64,000 nucleotides of DNA, from positions 487,273-551,272 of the forward strand of contig JAQGDQ010000130.1 in NCBI GenBank assembly GCA_030141605.1. The letters are read 5' to 3'. Position numbers and translations under genes: made by a program. This DNA is from Tubiluchus corallicola. Its lineage: Eukaryota > Animalia > Priapulida. Positions 13,610 through 28,689 of the stretch are shown here, in pieces; positions within the stretch are counted from its first letter, which is position 1; each line of letters starts with the position of its first letter. The notes below the pieces were generated by a model that searched no databases, was not told the origin of the DNA, and saw only the letters and a list, made by a program, of their open reading frames with translations.

Positions 13610-13960
13610 TGATATCACAACTGAATATAGTTTTCCGCTGTACACACATTCCACGAGCGTGTTGTACGTGTTTGCGAAAGCGAAAATTGAAGTACACTGT
13701 TACTTTACAACATTCAGAGTGATAAACAGAAACTCGACAAATTTTAAGTTTAAATTTCAAATTTAAAGTTTACCGTTGTGCTCACGCATGAGCTCTCGAA
13801 CGTGAGCACTACGTGAAATTAGGATTGCACGGTATTAATTCTTTCAGCTAAGTTATTCTTGATAAAATAACATGTTCCCTTTCAATATATTATTTGATAA
13901 TTGTTTTGAGCTATAGTTTAAGATTGGGTCTGAGTTTTCTTCAACTTTGACTGAAGTCTT
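13610..13960. mobile_element. Diverged interspersed repeat copy
   Basis: Inverted homology to 8330-8550; the 3' part (cctttcaatat...ttgttttga.cta.agtttaagattggg) is directly homologous to 52040-52110. Confidence 0.6.
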
Positions 13961-15439
13961 TCATCTTTCTGTGGCCATCAACTCAGGCAAAATTGTTAAT
14001 GACTAACCACACAAGGATGAATAATGTTGAAAAAACCCTTGCATGCACAAGAATGGTGACATTATTACCATAAATGAAATAAGTTTACTGCACACGTCAG
14101 TCATTCAATGAAGCCAACAGTAATAGACAGCAAGCTAGAATGTTGTGAAGCAATGATTTAATTCAATTTAAATTAATTTGTTAACACTCAGTTAAAATAT
14201 ACAGAAAGCGTACAAACATATAACAATACAACACTATACACTACAACACAAAAAATATTACGTTAAGAATAAATGAAATTATTGAGTGTTAGGGAGGCAA
14301 AGAGAAAAACTGCTTACTTGAGCCTTTTATATTTAAGGAAATTATCAAGATCAATTAAACACAAAATTTAGCGGAATAGTTTAAAATTTGCTGCTTCACA
14401 AGCGGAGAACCACTCATAGAATTTGGAAGTGAATTCCATAATACGAAAAATCCGGTTTGAAAAAATTGTCCAAATTGCTTTTTATTTGTACAAAATGTTT
14501 CAGCGAATGGTTACTCTGCATCCGGTTTAGTCCAAACGCTGGAGGCTGCATAACTGCTAAGCTGTGGAAATGACATGTGATATCTCTACAACAGTAACAG
14601 TTTCAAGAAGAACACCTTTTTAGAACTGTAGAAAAGCGTGGCCATAATTGTGATTTTTAAAACTTGTGTTAAGCGCAAACCTCCACAACAGTACGCTGAT
14701 AGTACAGGTGCTTCAAAGCCTCTTTAGGGCTTCAAAAGACTTTTGAAGGGTATATTTATAGCACGTCATACAGTAGCGCAAAGAGGAAGAACCAGGAAAT
14801 GAAACTAATAGGAAATATCGACGTCTCCTGGGTGATGGAGTCTCTGATTGCGTGCTGTCCAGAAATGGTGCGTTTGATGTGGAATCAGCTCAAATCCCAG
14901 CAGTTTTGACAGAAAAGCGCGCTGAAGCCTGACAAGAGAGGAAGTCTTGCAATGGCTTCATTGCTAACGTGCACCATTAGAGCTTAGAGAAAGAAAGTAA
15001 TCTTTTCTTGATGCATGTTTTACAGTTGCCAAGTTATGTATAAGTCAATGCTTCTAAACTCTCAATTAAGCTGTTATTACTTATCACAGACGTTTATGGT
15101 ATTGGCTTAGAGGAATATCACCAATACATTATTCAGCCCAGTTAATCAGAAAGGCTTTGATTAACATTAGGATATTTAGGGACTTATATGTTTTGTAGAT
15201 ACTAAAATAAAGTTTGACCAAGTTAGCCACTTATTCAATTGGTTGTCGAACGGCCAGTCAATGAACCAGTCAGCCAATTATTTAATGGCTATTCAGTTGG
15301 ACAACCAGTCAATTATTAATTTTTTAATCAATTGATTGGATATTTAGTTAATACATTAGTAATTCCGTCACATAGTCAGGCAGCGAGTCTAACATGGAGT
15401 CCAGTCAGTTCCCCAAATTTCCATCCGAACTAAAATAAA

Positions 15440-15930
15440 ATATAAAACAAAGAAAACTACAGAGAAATCAATATCTTGTCCGTGTCATCAAGACAATTTG
15501 AAAGAATAATATCAGATCAACTTAATAAGCATTTTAAAAACTTATTTAACCCATATCTGTCTCCCTTTCAGCTAGGTAATGGCTATCAGAGTGTTTTAAT
15601 AACTTTGACAAGAGAATAGAAAATATCTTGTTGAAAACAAATACGTTGGTGCTATTTTTAATGGATCTGTCTAAGGAATTCGACTGCCTTCCGTATAAGC
15701 TCTTGATTGAAAAACTCAACTCAAAGCGTACAAGTTAGGTGAAAGTGCTGTGAATTTGATTTACGGAAAACAGTGTGTAAAATGACTTTTAATGCTGTTC
15801 TTAAATGTGTGCATCAAGGCTGTATTATTGGACCCTTTCTTTTTTAATACGTATTTTTTGGTTTGTGGAAAAAACCAAGTGCTTTAATTATGCAGACGAC
15901 AATCATTCCTTTTACATGGATTTAGTACAC
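15440..15930 (+). pseudogene. Decayed LINE (CR1/L2-like) reverse transcriptase fragment
   Basis: Translates to ENYREINILSVSSRQFERIISDQL, YVGAI-MDLSKEFDCLPYKLLIEKL, QGCIIGPFLF and YADD, with stops and frameshifts. Confidence 0.85.
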
Positions 15931-17046
15931 ATTCTTGAGACTGAAGCGGCTGCCAAGTTTGAAGGATTGCCAAAAAACTTCAAATTTAAAGGAGGGTTTA
16001 CATTGACACGAATGTTTCAAATATAAAATTCAACTCCATGGCTGATAGCATCGCTTACTGATGACGTTATATATCCACAAATGCGCAATTTCTTCACGTC
16101 TCAATAGCAGCATTACGCACGACTACGCAGCAGGTATCTGGCAATAAGTACCTCACTTTCTTTCTTGGGGTATGTGAAAGCTATCATCAGTGCATTAAAT
16201 ATTGACTCGGTACACACGTTAGAGCTCTGTATTATTCACCTTAATGAAGTTTCTCTGCTTGCTGGCATTCGTTGAGGAATTATGGCGTTTTCCGGGCCTA
16301 TTGGACTGGATGGGAACTACAAATAGAGTGGGCTGAACAGTAAATGGCTGTCATCTGTATGTGAAGTTGAAGCCCAGTGCTATATAGGCCTATCCATAAC
16401 TTGTCGCAATATTTAAACCTATTAAACCTGTTACGCTTTAAGTAAGGCCATTTGCTGAAAAAATGGACAACTAGTTGCACATTAGTTATTATAATTTTAA
16501 TGCTAAAATTATTATTAACGATGATGCAAAGCGACATTTAATTTGGGTATGTAATATTATTTGTACGTCTTAACCTTTTTAAGTGGTGCACTTTTCGTGA
16601 CGTCAGCACGAAGCCAGCTAAACGTACACGTGTGTTTGGCGGGAGGCAGTAATTCATTAAGCGCAAGCTGCAAATTCTTAAAATACGCTGTCTGCAGGGT
16701 CTAGCTGATTTTAAGATAATTGCACGTGCAGTAATGTCCTTAAAACCAACTTGATAATTTAACTCAACTCCTGGCGACTGATCACAGCCTTGTAGGAAAT
16801 CAGTTAATAACATTCCCTCTGGTTCAGAAGAGCATGACATTTCTGGAAAGAGATCAATACCGGCCAGAGTTTATCAAGAGCAAATGGACAGCACATTTCT
16901 CGGCTCTGTTGTGGTCGTTCAGGTTGACCTGAAATGGACGAAGGCGAGTTGGTTTTGTCTGGGGGAAGAGTGGACCTCTTATGCTTGGTGGTGATCTGAT
17001 ATGAGTTCCTTCGTTTAGAGTGATCTGTGTAATTAATAGCACTGTT

Positions 17047-17200
17047 GAATAGAATGGAATTGGATTACAATAGATTAGAAAAAAATAGACTGGAACAGAA
17101 CAAGACAGGACAAGACAGGACCGAACCGAACCGTACAGAACGGAAGGGGGCAGAACAGAGCAGAACAGGACAGAACATGACATACCAGGACAGGACAGAA
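17047..17200. repeat. Degenerate pentanucleotide repeat (GAACA/GGACA)n
   Basis: Direct inspection; explains ORFs 16854-17246 and 17045-17281. Confidence 0.8.
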
Positions 17201-20200
17201 TATATAAAACAAGATCATTTTTTCCTTGGACACGATAAAAAATCAAAAAAACATGGCAAGAGCACGTTAAAAGTAAAATGATAAAAATAGTTTGCAGAAA
17301 CTATTAAAATGTCGCGGATTTCTATACTGCACGTTACAGGCAAGTGCAATTTAAATAATACTGGCAAAAATTTAAAATCTGAAAGGTGTAGTAAGTCTAT
17401 ATCTCAATAAATCTCTGACTAATATTTTAATTAGAAATTATTGCCATGCAAGTCAATTAAAATCTGTTTGCTCATCATTCTTGTGTCCATCCCATTTTTA
17501 TAAAGTAAATGTCTGATGCTATGATTAAACCATATATTGATCTCACCAGAATAAGAATAATAACGGAGTTATTAAGTAAGCCATTGGCTAGCAACTGTTA
17601 TTAACAGAGTTTACCAAATAAGCCAATGTATTCATTATCCCGTATATTGTAATAATATTTTGATCAATACAAATTACTGCTATTACTAATAAAGCGAAGC
17701 CAATATCACGATTTAATGTTGTGGAGGGACTGCAGTAAATCCTCCGTGTATCCAAATTGCCGTAGTTGTAGTTGCCCCTGCCATTGCTGTTGCCTCGCTC
17801 TATTGGTAAAAACTCGCATTCAAATCACCAGGTCGATCAGAGTGCATTTATGTGAGACGTAAACTGTGTTGCATCGATTTACCTGCAGCTAATGAAGCCA
17901 AACTGTACACGCCGTAAAATGTTGACTGCACCATAAATCAACCGTTATTTAACTGTACTGATTTTTCTCTTCGTTGCTACATAGAAAGGCTCCCAAACAA
18001 CACTTTAGTATATACACACACGGAGACGGTTTAACCAGTTAGTTCATTTAGTCTGTTTACACAGATCATTTTCCATTGACTTGGTTTGCTGATATGGTAC
18101 CAAAAACAACTTAATTACTAATGCTATAATAATAGGCCTGCACGTACAAGTTCTCTCAAACTTTGTTTTCCAGTTAGACAGTTCACCAAAGGAAAATGGA
18201 ATGAAACCAATTAAATTAAATTTCTAGCCATTCTATTACCGAGTAGATCATTAAGTGTTGGGATAAACGCATTTCGTTTTATATGTAATACTCTGCACAG
18301 TTCAGTAAGTTCAGTAATTTAACACGATGTTTAAGAATTAATGTGTTAGCCAGGCAATTCTTGGTTCAATAGCCTGAAAGCTGTAAAGTGGAATTATAAA
18401 ATTATTATTATATTCTGTCAACAGACAGTTTGCAGTGGGGGCGGTTTTACCATGAACCATTTACATCGACCTTAAAATTGAATCCAATAATATCGCAATC
18501 AGCTTACAGTAATTGGCACACCCAATGCAAACTGCCCACGCTGTCAATAGCAGAAGGGGAAATGCTATTAAAGTTGCATAGGTCACATCTATAATCAGGG
18601 AAATGGGGTGATATCAAGGCACATTAGAACAATTTGAAGTGGTAGACGTAAATGCGGCAGTAGAGTTAATCATAAATCTATACATTTTTATAGAGATACA
18701 CGAATATATTCTTAATTCCTTATTCTTATATCTATATTCCTTAATAATGGATGAAATGGAGAAGTAAAGTATGTCTTTGTAAACACTAATAATAATAGCC
18801 TAGTATGTAGCCTTTTATCGTTTCAATTTTATGTTGCATTTTGTGCTACACACATTGTTGGAAATTTGAAATATAGGAATACACTATATAAATGACGCTA
18901 TATAAATGGTGACGCGGATACTTTGGTAGATATCCCCAAAAAGTAATCCGCTATAGTCCACAGAAAACTGACAAGGCGCAATTGAAAGTTTTTTTGTATA
19001 AACATATTTGTTTAAATACAGAATTATCAGTAAAACGGCAAGCTGCTTAACTCAAGATTCTTCTGTATAAGTATTAAAAAATTAATACACACTCGAACCC
19101 ACTATAAAGACAGTTAAATAAGATACGCTTACAATTATAAAAAATCGTTATATACTTTTACAAATAAACACTGTAAGAAATAAATGAAATAACTGATGTC
19201 AATTTGACAGAATATATAAGAACAATAAATAGGTTAAAAACAAGTTGCAAAAATAATACGACTAGCCAGCCATAACTTAAACAAACAAGATTGTAACAAT
19301 GACATAGTTTAAGAGAAAGAAGACAATCCCACACAAGCTATTATAGTTAAATTTGTTTTTTTGAAGATGTAATATATACATTTGTGTTTCAAACATAAGC
19401 AGATAATTAACAGAGTCAGACAGATCATTATATTCACAGAGCTTACATTTTTCGCTAACAACTGAAAGTTGGTACACGGCAAGTAATTAACTTAGAACAC
19501 TTGAATAAGTTAAGCTATTTGAATTTGGTAGGCTACTCTATTTGGAATAATTAACATCATAAGTTGCAATTATTGATGTTACATATAACTGCTTGTTGTG
19601 TTCAATAGAAAAATATTTCTTGCCTATTCAAATTGAGTCAATAAAGAACACAATACACTTGCGGTTTTATGAAGGAAAATATCATCAAGTACAAGTTATA
19701 ATTGCTCATCCTTGTTGTCAATACTCGGCGATGGCGCGGGAGAAAAATCCTCCCTGTTTGAAACCGCGCACTTGTGGAAAATACGCAGCGTTGTTGACAT
19801 TGCCGTTAGATTTAATAAGGCAGATATTTTCGACAAGATGCTTCTGGGTGTCGTGCGAAGTCTTTAAATGCGCAATTGAGTTCAAGTCAAACAAGGACAT
19901 GAACTGTTAGAATAGGGGGATGATTGAGAAAGGACGGGCAGTCGGTTGAACAAACACGATTCTTACTTCAGTTGAAAGACTATATATATAAGTTCAGAAA
20001 GTAGCAAGTCCTGTTATTCACTGCTGTCACTGCACTCGCATCAATTTGCAGTAATTAGTAGCAGAATATGCCTACTATTGCAGCAACTGGCACCTATAGT
20101 GCCTTTCATTCCAGTTCTCTGGTAGCATATAACGAAATAGATTCTTTTTGTTGATTTTATAGAAAAAACGTAATATAATTGCTTTGTGCTAACATTGTTT

Positions 20201-22014
20201 TTGATTACGAACTAAAATCTAATAACAAAATAAAAAAATGCTATTTTGTCTCCTATGACTAGTTGTTTGAAAATTTGATGCACTAAAATTGTAACTACAT
20301 TAAGGACCTTCTACTTTATAAAGTTTTTATAGTAAGTCTTTTCCATCCGAAACGAGAAGATGTGCGTTCAAATGGCTCCATGCGCCCCCCCCCCAATTTC
20401 TTTCTCAACCTTCCCTCATTTCACGTTCCCTTTCCCTTTGTCCCATTATAGATAGTTTAGTTTATGTTTATTTAAAAATTATAAACTTTTTTTTTGTTAC
20501 TATATACTTTTATTTTATTGTAAAATTGCAATGTACTTTTAATGAACATGGACTAAATCAAGCTATTCAAGTTGAGAATATGGAGAATGCATTTGTGGTG
20601 TTAGAAAGCTTTTTTGAATAGCCAAACAGACTACACCAAGTTCTCTGATGACCTCTTTTGTGGTTTCTCGTCTTTTTGCTTTTGCGTATCATTCAATAGT
20701 GCATGATTAATTTTTTCAGCGAATTTTAATGAGAATTCGTTGGAAACAATCAATTTAACCAAAATACCAAAATATTTCTAATATCATTTGCCGTATGGTA
20801 ACGCATTTAGAGAATTATTCGTTAAGTAAGCAAAGTAGTAACAGTAACTGACTATCATCTGACTTACTAAGATGTATATTTGTAGCTCTAAAAATGATTG
20901 TTGAGTTCGACAGATTTTTTCCAGCTAGTTCAACATCTCTTGTGTATGGATGGTAACGTCTTTTTAGATAATCATTGAACGACATTCACACTTGATACAC
21001 TGACCTGTTCTTATTGGCTGTTTCCCTTCCATTTTCATTGTTCATGTTTGACTGGCCAGTTTGTGTATCAATAGACTAACTACCTTACCGAGTGATTGAC
21101 AAACCCACAGACCAGTGATAAGTGAGGATTATGTGGCTTGTTTTAATTGTCCTGTTTACCTGAACGTGGTTGTTTGATTAAACTCTCAACCACTAAGTTG
21201 AAAAAATTAATTTCGAAGTTACGTTTCAGCCACAGCGAGGAGACAACTTTTTACGTCTCTATTTTGTCTGATCACTGGGTTTACTTATTGGTAAGTGCTC
21301 TTTCTCCTTGTTGACCATCAGTAAAGCGAAATAGAAAGCAATAAAGAAAATTACTCGTTTCTGTCGAGTGGTCGTTATTCGTCAAAACGAACAAGACCTT
21401 TCTTTAACATTTTCGGTTTGTTCAAGTAGTTTAATCAAAGTCTTTGAGCAATAAGAGCAAAAACTCTTCCATTTTGCTCTCTCCAATCCCTTTTGGCCAT
21501 AAAACTGGCTTTTCATTCTTAAAGTCGGTGCCAATTTGTCCAAATGACGTTTGGCTCTGTTTATGAAGGATTATTTTGCTTGCAATCTACCCATTATTCT
21601 ACAGAATTTGATCACCTATTTATATGGTAGAAGCCAAAGACGATTATGCTAATGTTTGAAGGTTTTCTGACTGTGACAGTGCTTTGCCATTTTATTTTTG
21701 ATGATGAATAATACAAATCTTAATCTTTGAATTGCAAGATTTTATTTTTGTGGAAGGCAGAGCACATTGGTTTAGTTGCTGCCAGTTTTTATTTTTCCTA
21801 ATTAGCTGTTGTCGCTTTAATCTTCTATAATTGCCGTCATTGTCAATCTGTTAGTTTACTTATTGAAGAAAAAGACATAGGCCCATTTGGTATCATTTTT
21901 ACAATAAGAACTTTTGCTGAATGTGTAAAATACTGCAAATGAGACTTTTGTTGTATGGATGTTAAAAGGATGTTTTTGTAGTTAACGGTTTCTTAATTTA
22001 GCTTTAAGGCGCGC

Positions 22015-22123
22015 GGGCAGACGGACGGACAGACAGACAGACAGATAGACAGACAGACAGACAGACAGACAGGCGGACAGGCAGGCGGACAGGCAGGCAG
22101 GCAGGCAGGCAGGCAGATAGATA
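22015..22123. repeat. Compound (GACA)n/(GGCA)n microsatellite
   Basis: Direct inspection. Confidence 0.92.
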
Positions 22124-24269
22124 TGTAGCCACATAGATACATACATAGCTACAAAGGTTTATTTTCATGCAAAAGTGCAGTTTAAAGCTGGTTTTTTGTT
22201 TTTTTTATAATCAGTTGGGCGCACTGCTAGTTGTAATTTAGCACTCACGGGCAGAGCCAACTTAGTTCAAATGATGAGGCAGGACTGAAATCTAGCTCAT
22301 TATCAAGGATATGCCTCTAAGGTGAGGTACTGTCTCAGCCACGTTTAGATGAGTATCCATTCCTCGACGAGATTAGTTTCCACGGCAGTATGGACACCCC
22401 GCAGAACAAGTTTTGAACACGACAGTCATACATCCGTTCGTTGACCATGCTGAGTGTCATTTAACTGTGGTCGCGCAGTAAACAACCGGCTTCTCGCCTC
22501 TTTTCTATTGCACTTTTTAACAAAGTAAATTATGAAAAAATTATTAATATTGTTTCACATGGAAAACAAGTCAAATTTTACTATTCCTTACGCGTTGTCA
22601 CATCAATAGAGCACAAGCTCCTCTTCGTTTATCAGCACCATTAACACCGTATTCATCATTCTTTCTATAATTTCGGCAACAGTTTAAGCTGCTTATCGAA
22701 TACACTCAGAGTTATCCGTCTCTTGCAGACATTCTGTGCAAAGCGATTGTCATTAAAACAGCCAAGACCACTTCCATCTTGCCATAATGGATTCCTTGAG
22801 GTTGATATATGAGACTTACTCTGGCTAATTGAGCCAGCGGTCGATTTAAATTCACTATTTCTGTTGGTTAAGGGTTTAAAATGAAAGTTATGGCTAATCT
22901 GTTTTTTTGTCTGGCACGAAAGTTTATGAATAACTGAACTGCAACAATTTTTGTATAGAGATTTTTTGGCTGGGTTGTTTTCGTTTAGAGCATGGTTCTC
23001 CCAGAGCAAAAACATGTAACTTGCTGGTCTGCCGTTTCGTAAGCATATTTATTGCTAAATAGCTCAAGGCTCAGTAAAAATAATAGTATAATGAAGAATG
23101 TTATATTATCGAAAAATATTCAGTTTAGACACAAACAATAGATTAGCTGAAGTGCTGATACATTATTAACTTGACGTTGTGTCTCATCAAACGTCAAGTT
23201 TGCTCATCACTATGAATTTGTAGAAAGTTCACACTCACCCTAAATCTAGTTTAATTTACAGCCAAACATGAAAAGATAAAGAATGAACTTAGCCTATGGT
23301 TTTCAGTCTTTGTCGCCGTTAACTGTCTGTTAGGCGCACGTTATCATCACAGCAATTCTCTTCGCGTTTAAAAAACCCAAAACCCAAAATGTACTGTAGA
23401 AAAAATAGTTTTAGCAAATATAAAATAACAAAAACATAATAAAAGTATAATGGTAATAAAATACTTTTGTACTGTTTAATTAATAATAAAACTATTTACT
23501 AAAACTAAAAGGGTTTTTTAAATCTGTAGAATGAAATCTTTTATAAAGAAATTAACAAAAAATCGTTAAAACAAAGACGTTGTCAGTAAGAGGTATTTAC
23601 ATTTTTTACCCTGCTTACATTTATGCTTTATACAACTAGGCAATAAATGAGAAGAACTGTTATGGCTTGGTGCTACTGAGCGTTAGAGTTAACTCCTTTT
23701 GCTGTTGTCTTTTACTGCTTAAACGTCAAATAATCTCTTCTTTAGCACCATAACCTATTTCTAGTTGATGTAGGACCTATTTGCAACAGGAGAGTTATTC
23801 ACTTGCAGGCTCAATTTGGAACCGCCTATTGTTTAAGTATTTAGGAATGTATCTAATGTATAGGCATGAACAAATCGCAGTATTTCAGAGTAGGTAAAAG
23901 GCAGTCTACTTTTTTCTTATTGTCCTGTTATTTTAATCAATTATAACCGAGGTTAGTTTTTTACATCATACGTGTATAGTGTATAGTAACTGATGATGGC
24001 AATGGTTCACTCAGTGGGCAGTAATGAAATACTCTTGAACTTTTGCCAGCGCTCTATTAGTCAACAAAAGTTAATCACCTATTAATTTGTAATGAACTAT
24101 TGACGTTAACTAGCATTATTGATTGTTAACGTATGGATGAATTCTCCAAACTTGGAGAGGGCAGCTTGAGAGCTCGATCTGGGCAAGCGAGAGAAGTAAA
24201 AGTGTGGTGACTCCTGTGTGACAAAAGAGAAATGGAAGCACTGTGCGTGGAATGTATGGCAAAAAGATC

Positions 24270-25560
24270 AAGAGTAAAGCACGGAGTTTCATGTGCGGTG
24301 AAGAGTAAATCATTGAGTGTCATCTGTGGTAAAGAGTAAGGCACGAAAGCACGGAGTGTCATATGTTGTAAAGAGCGAATAACGGAATGTTATGCGTGGT
24401 AAAAATTAAATCATGGAGTGTCATGTATAGTAAAGAGTAAACCATGGAGTGTCATGTGTAGTAAAGATTAAATCATGGAGTGTCATGTGTGGTATTGAGT
24501 AAAGCACGGAATGTCATGTGTAGTAAAGATTAAATCATGGAGTGTCATGTGTGGTAACGAGTAAATCATGGAGTGTCATGTGTGGTAAGGAGTAAACCAT
24601 GGAGTGTCATGTGTAGTAAAGATTAAATCATGGAGTGTCATGTGTGGTATTGAGTAAAGCACGGAATGTCATGTGCTGTAAAGATTAAATCATGGAATGT
24701 CATGTGTAGTAACGATTAAATCATGGAGTGTCGTGTGTGGTAAGAAGTAAACCATGGAGTGTCATGTGTAGTAAAGATTAAATCATGGAGTGTCATGTGT
24801 AGTAAAGATTAAATCATGGAGTGTCATGTGTAGTAAAGATTAAATCACGGAGTGTCATGTGTAGTAACGATTAAATCATGGAGTGTCGTGTGTGGTAAGG
24901 AGTAAACCATGGAGTGTCATGTGTAGTAAAGATTAAATCATGGAGTGTCATGTGTGGTATTGAGTAAAGCACGGAATGTCATGTGCTGTAAAGATTAAAT
25001 CATGGAATGTCATGTGTAGTAACGATTAAATCATGGAGTGTCGTGTGTGGTAAGAAGTAAACCATGGAGTGTCATGTGTAGTAAAGATTAAATCACGGAG
25101 TGTCATGTGTAGTAAAGATTAAATCATGGAGTGTCATGTGTAGTAAAGATTAAATCACGGAGTGTCATGTGTAGTAACGATTAAATCATGGAGTGTCGTG
25201 TGTAGTAAAGATTAAATCATGGAGTGTCATGTGTGGTATTGAGTAAAGCACGGAATGTCATGTGTTGTAAAGATTAAATCATGGAATGTCATGTATGGTA
25301 AAGAGTAAATAACGGAGTGTCATGTGCGGGAAAGAGTAAAACGCGGAATGTTATCGTGGTAAAGAGAAAAGCACAGAGTGTCATGTGTGGAAAAGAGTAA
25401 AGCTATGATGTGTCGTCCTGTACATGTGCGAGAAATAAGTATGGTGTGTCATGCGTAGCAAGAAAATAAAAATGTGATATCTCATGTCTGACGAGAGAGA
25501 AATAAAAACATGGTTTGTCTTGTGTACTAAAAAGAGAATTATTAGTATGGTGCGCCGTCT
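24270..25560. repeat. 31-bp minisatellite, about 40 units, consensus TAGTAAAGATTAAATCATGGAGTGTCATGTG
   Basis: Period 31 (e.g. aatcatggag at 24781 and 24812); homogeneous core ~24405-25330 with degenerate edges. Confidence 0.95.
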
Positions 25561-25994
25561 GAGATAACAAAATATACTGTCAGATCTATTTGCTGTACCT
25601 GAAGGATCTGTACCTGTCATTACGATAGTGTTATTTTCTGCATTATTTTCGCCTCTTTATTATCTAACTCCATGGAAGCGACAGCGACTAGGTCCTCCTG
25701 TGATTGTCGCGACAGTCTGACGTAGCTCAATTGATGCCCAATTAAAAATTAATGAAGTAGTGTGATTAATCTACCAGCGATTGTTACGCTTCGTCTAACT
25801 CTTTCATCATGCTTCGTTTAACTCTTTCATTAAGAGAAAGTAATTGACTGTCCTGTTTACACTATTGACTATTGACGAAAAATACTGGCATATCTTGTTG
25901 CTTTCCTTCTTAAGTTGAAGTCTGAAAATAAATGACTCAGGGAAGCATGAAACAGATGAGCGAAAAAATATAATAATTTTTCCATTTTTAAAAT

Positions 25995-27075
25995 CAGTGG
26001 TGTGGCTAGAGCTTGAGGCGCCCGTCGCGGCACTTAAGTTTCCCGGTAAATATAGGTAAGTGAATGTAAGTAAATATATTTTACATACATTTACCTATGT
26101 AATATTCGTTGTATTCTATTGTAGTAGTCATATATCTTAAAAGCAAGTTCGTAATACATTGCAATGCGGATGACCCATTACTTAAGCTTAATTTATTTAG
26201 TGGCAAGATTATCTATCCAGCAAAATGTGGATAGTCAAACATAAAACTGATTTGAGGCCATCCACTGTTCATACAAAATTTAATATGTTTGCGTGCGTGC
26301 TAATTTTCCGCACTGGACACAGCTAAATGCAATTTTACTGCATTATAGACCATTTTGCGGTTGCTAGAAGCTATTTCCTCAGGCAAGTTCACCTCAAACT
26401 CGTGACATAATTTCACTACTACTATGAAAGCGCTTGGGCCCACCCCCTAAATGCAGAAGTGCAGTTACAGTTAGCTAAAAACTGTCTAGACAACGGAAAT
26501 CGATAAGAGAATCGACACTATGTAAGTGATATACATAAAGAGGACTTCACTATGCAAATCAGCTGGATGCTCGGGAATTGCGTAAACAAGCAAGGGGTTG
26601 GTGTGTTTCTTGGTATGCTGCTAAAAAACTTTATTTAGCCCTAAAAGTTTCTTAGAAATTCTGTGGACGCACGTGCGTTAGTGCGTCTGCCTGCCGGCGC
26701 CCATGGATGTACGGAAAAATGTAAAAGTTTATGCAACTAACACAAATGTGAAGCTATGTTAGTGTTATTAACGCAGTATGTCATTTACGAAATAAACAAA
26801 CTAGAATTCCGTAAAACAGTAAAACATTAAAAGCACTGTTTGCTATTTGCAAGGGAGGAAATAATTTCACATACGTAAATACCACAAAGCTATTGGTACG
26901 TTATCATCTTTCTTTGCCGGAAACTTTCGGCAGTAGGGGGCATAAGCCGTGATTTTCTTGGGCAAGAAAATTAGGTCAGGTATTTGTCTTTCTACTTTTC
27001 CGACAGAATCAACTTTTTCAGCGCACTCGCAAAAGTGCCGCCGCTGCGCCCCGCATCCTCTTAACTACGCCACTG
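25995..27075. mobile_element. Non-autonomous TIR DNA transposon (hAT-like)
   Basis: Termini cagtggtgtggctagag...gcgcccg..gcggcactt and aagtgccgc...gcgcccc...taactacgccactg; flanking 8-mers tttaaaat / cttacaat (6/8, degraded TSD). Confidence 0.65.
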
Positions 27076-27860
27076 CTTACAATAGTTTTTTTATCAACTA
27101 CAGTTTCGAAATTTGAAATCGTGTAATTTTACATACAGTTTTGACAACACAAAACACAGGTACTGAAGCAATTTCACTGCATGTAGGTATAGCAGTTCTT
27201 ACGTTATGTTACTATATTCATAATTTTCTCGTTTGTCTTTTTTTATTTGTATGTTTATGTTATTTCACACAAGTGACTTGTTTTTTGTTCAGATAATTTT
27301 TAAAAATACAACTGATTACAGTTGCTCTTAGGAGGGCCTTGTCGTGGCCTTTAGGAACTAAATATCACCAGTAAATTCTAGAACTTCTTACCTCGCAAAA
27401 CATTTATTGCAGGTTTGTAGACGTTTTTACAGTGCATGTTTTGTTTAAATCCAGGCCAACAGAAATTTTTTTCAGCTTGAGAGAAACGTGATGAGGGGAA
27501 ATGTAAAACAGTCATGACATAGCCTGTATTTGAGCAAGGGCATGTGAATACTAAATGTGATACTAAAATTTTATCTAGTTTTGTTAGGGAGTGTTTTGAT
27601 TTGAACTAATTTATTACCTATTTATAAATTCTGATTAGTGCCGTTCTATTGTTACATGGTCCATTAATAGATCTATGATAATTAATTCAAAGTACGCAAA
27701 AGTTCAGCATTTAGATCGTTTTCACTTCACATCTCATCCCTGGACACGAATGTGGATTAATTTAATGATTTTTAATATGAATGCGTTTTAGTTATAACAT
27801 GTTTGATTTAATGATTTTGTTGTGAGGCTTTTTAAATGTGTAATTTTAAATGGCTAATAA

Positions 27861-27862
<2 letters not shown>

Positions 27863-27916
<54 letters not shown>
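27863..27916. repeat. (AAT)n microsatellite
   Basis: Direct inspection. Confidence 0.95.
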
Positions 27917-27920
<4 letters not shown>

Positions 27921-28533
27921 TTATAACAAAAGATAATAATAGAGGAATTAGGCCTAGTAACTAATTAGATCAATTTTATTTAATTAGAATTTAAGCTAAT
28001 TAATTTACAGATCGCAATAATTTATTTACGTTGTGAGTTAATAAATAAATAAAATCAGTAAAGTATTATGGCGTCACTTTATCATTTGAAAGGTGTTGTC
28101 AAAATTTCAGTTTGGAGTCTTTGTACAACCCCACCCTGAGTTTCAGCCCACACTGTTTTAGGTCCTCTCTTTCCATCATTGGAAGGAAATGGAAGAATCT
28201 TGGATGTTCATCGTTAGAAAACGGTGGCTTAACCTGCGCCAGTTTCCATTTCCGGATCCGCCTTCCCCGCTCATAGTGACAAGAAAGGAAGCTCATTGAC
28301 AAACAGTAAGACGAATGATGCTACAGGGACTGCAGGGATGCGGGGAGCAGCTGCACTCTGAGATCTCATCAGTCTCCTTTCCATTTCTAATTGTAGCTGT
28401 GATGAGAAATGAGACGTTCTGGTGAAACTCTTTTCATGGTTAAGCCACGTCTTCCTCTACCTGCCCTGCTGCTGATGAAATCATAAATTAATCACAAAAG
28501 TATGGTTCTTATCCGCAAACGCTACCGTCATCA

Positions 28534-28659
<126 letters not shown>

Positions 28660-28689
28660 GATCATCAAAGATCATCATTATTATCATCA

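Noticed and set aside
24270-25560. Regular ~31-bp repeats as a CRISPR array
   Set aside because: Units are contiguous with no unique spacers, there are no cas genes, and the context is eukaryotic.
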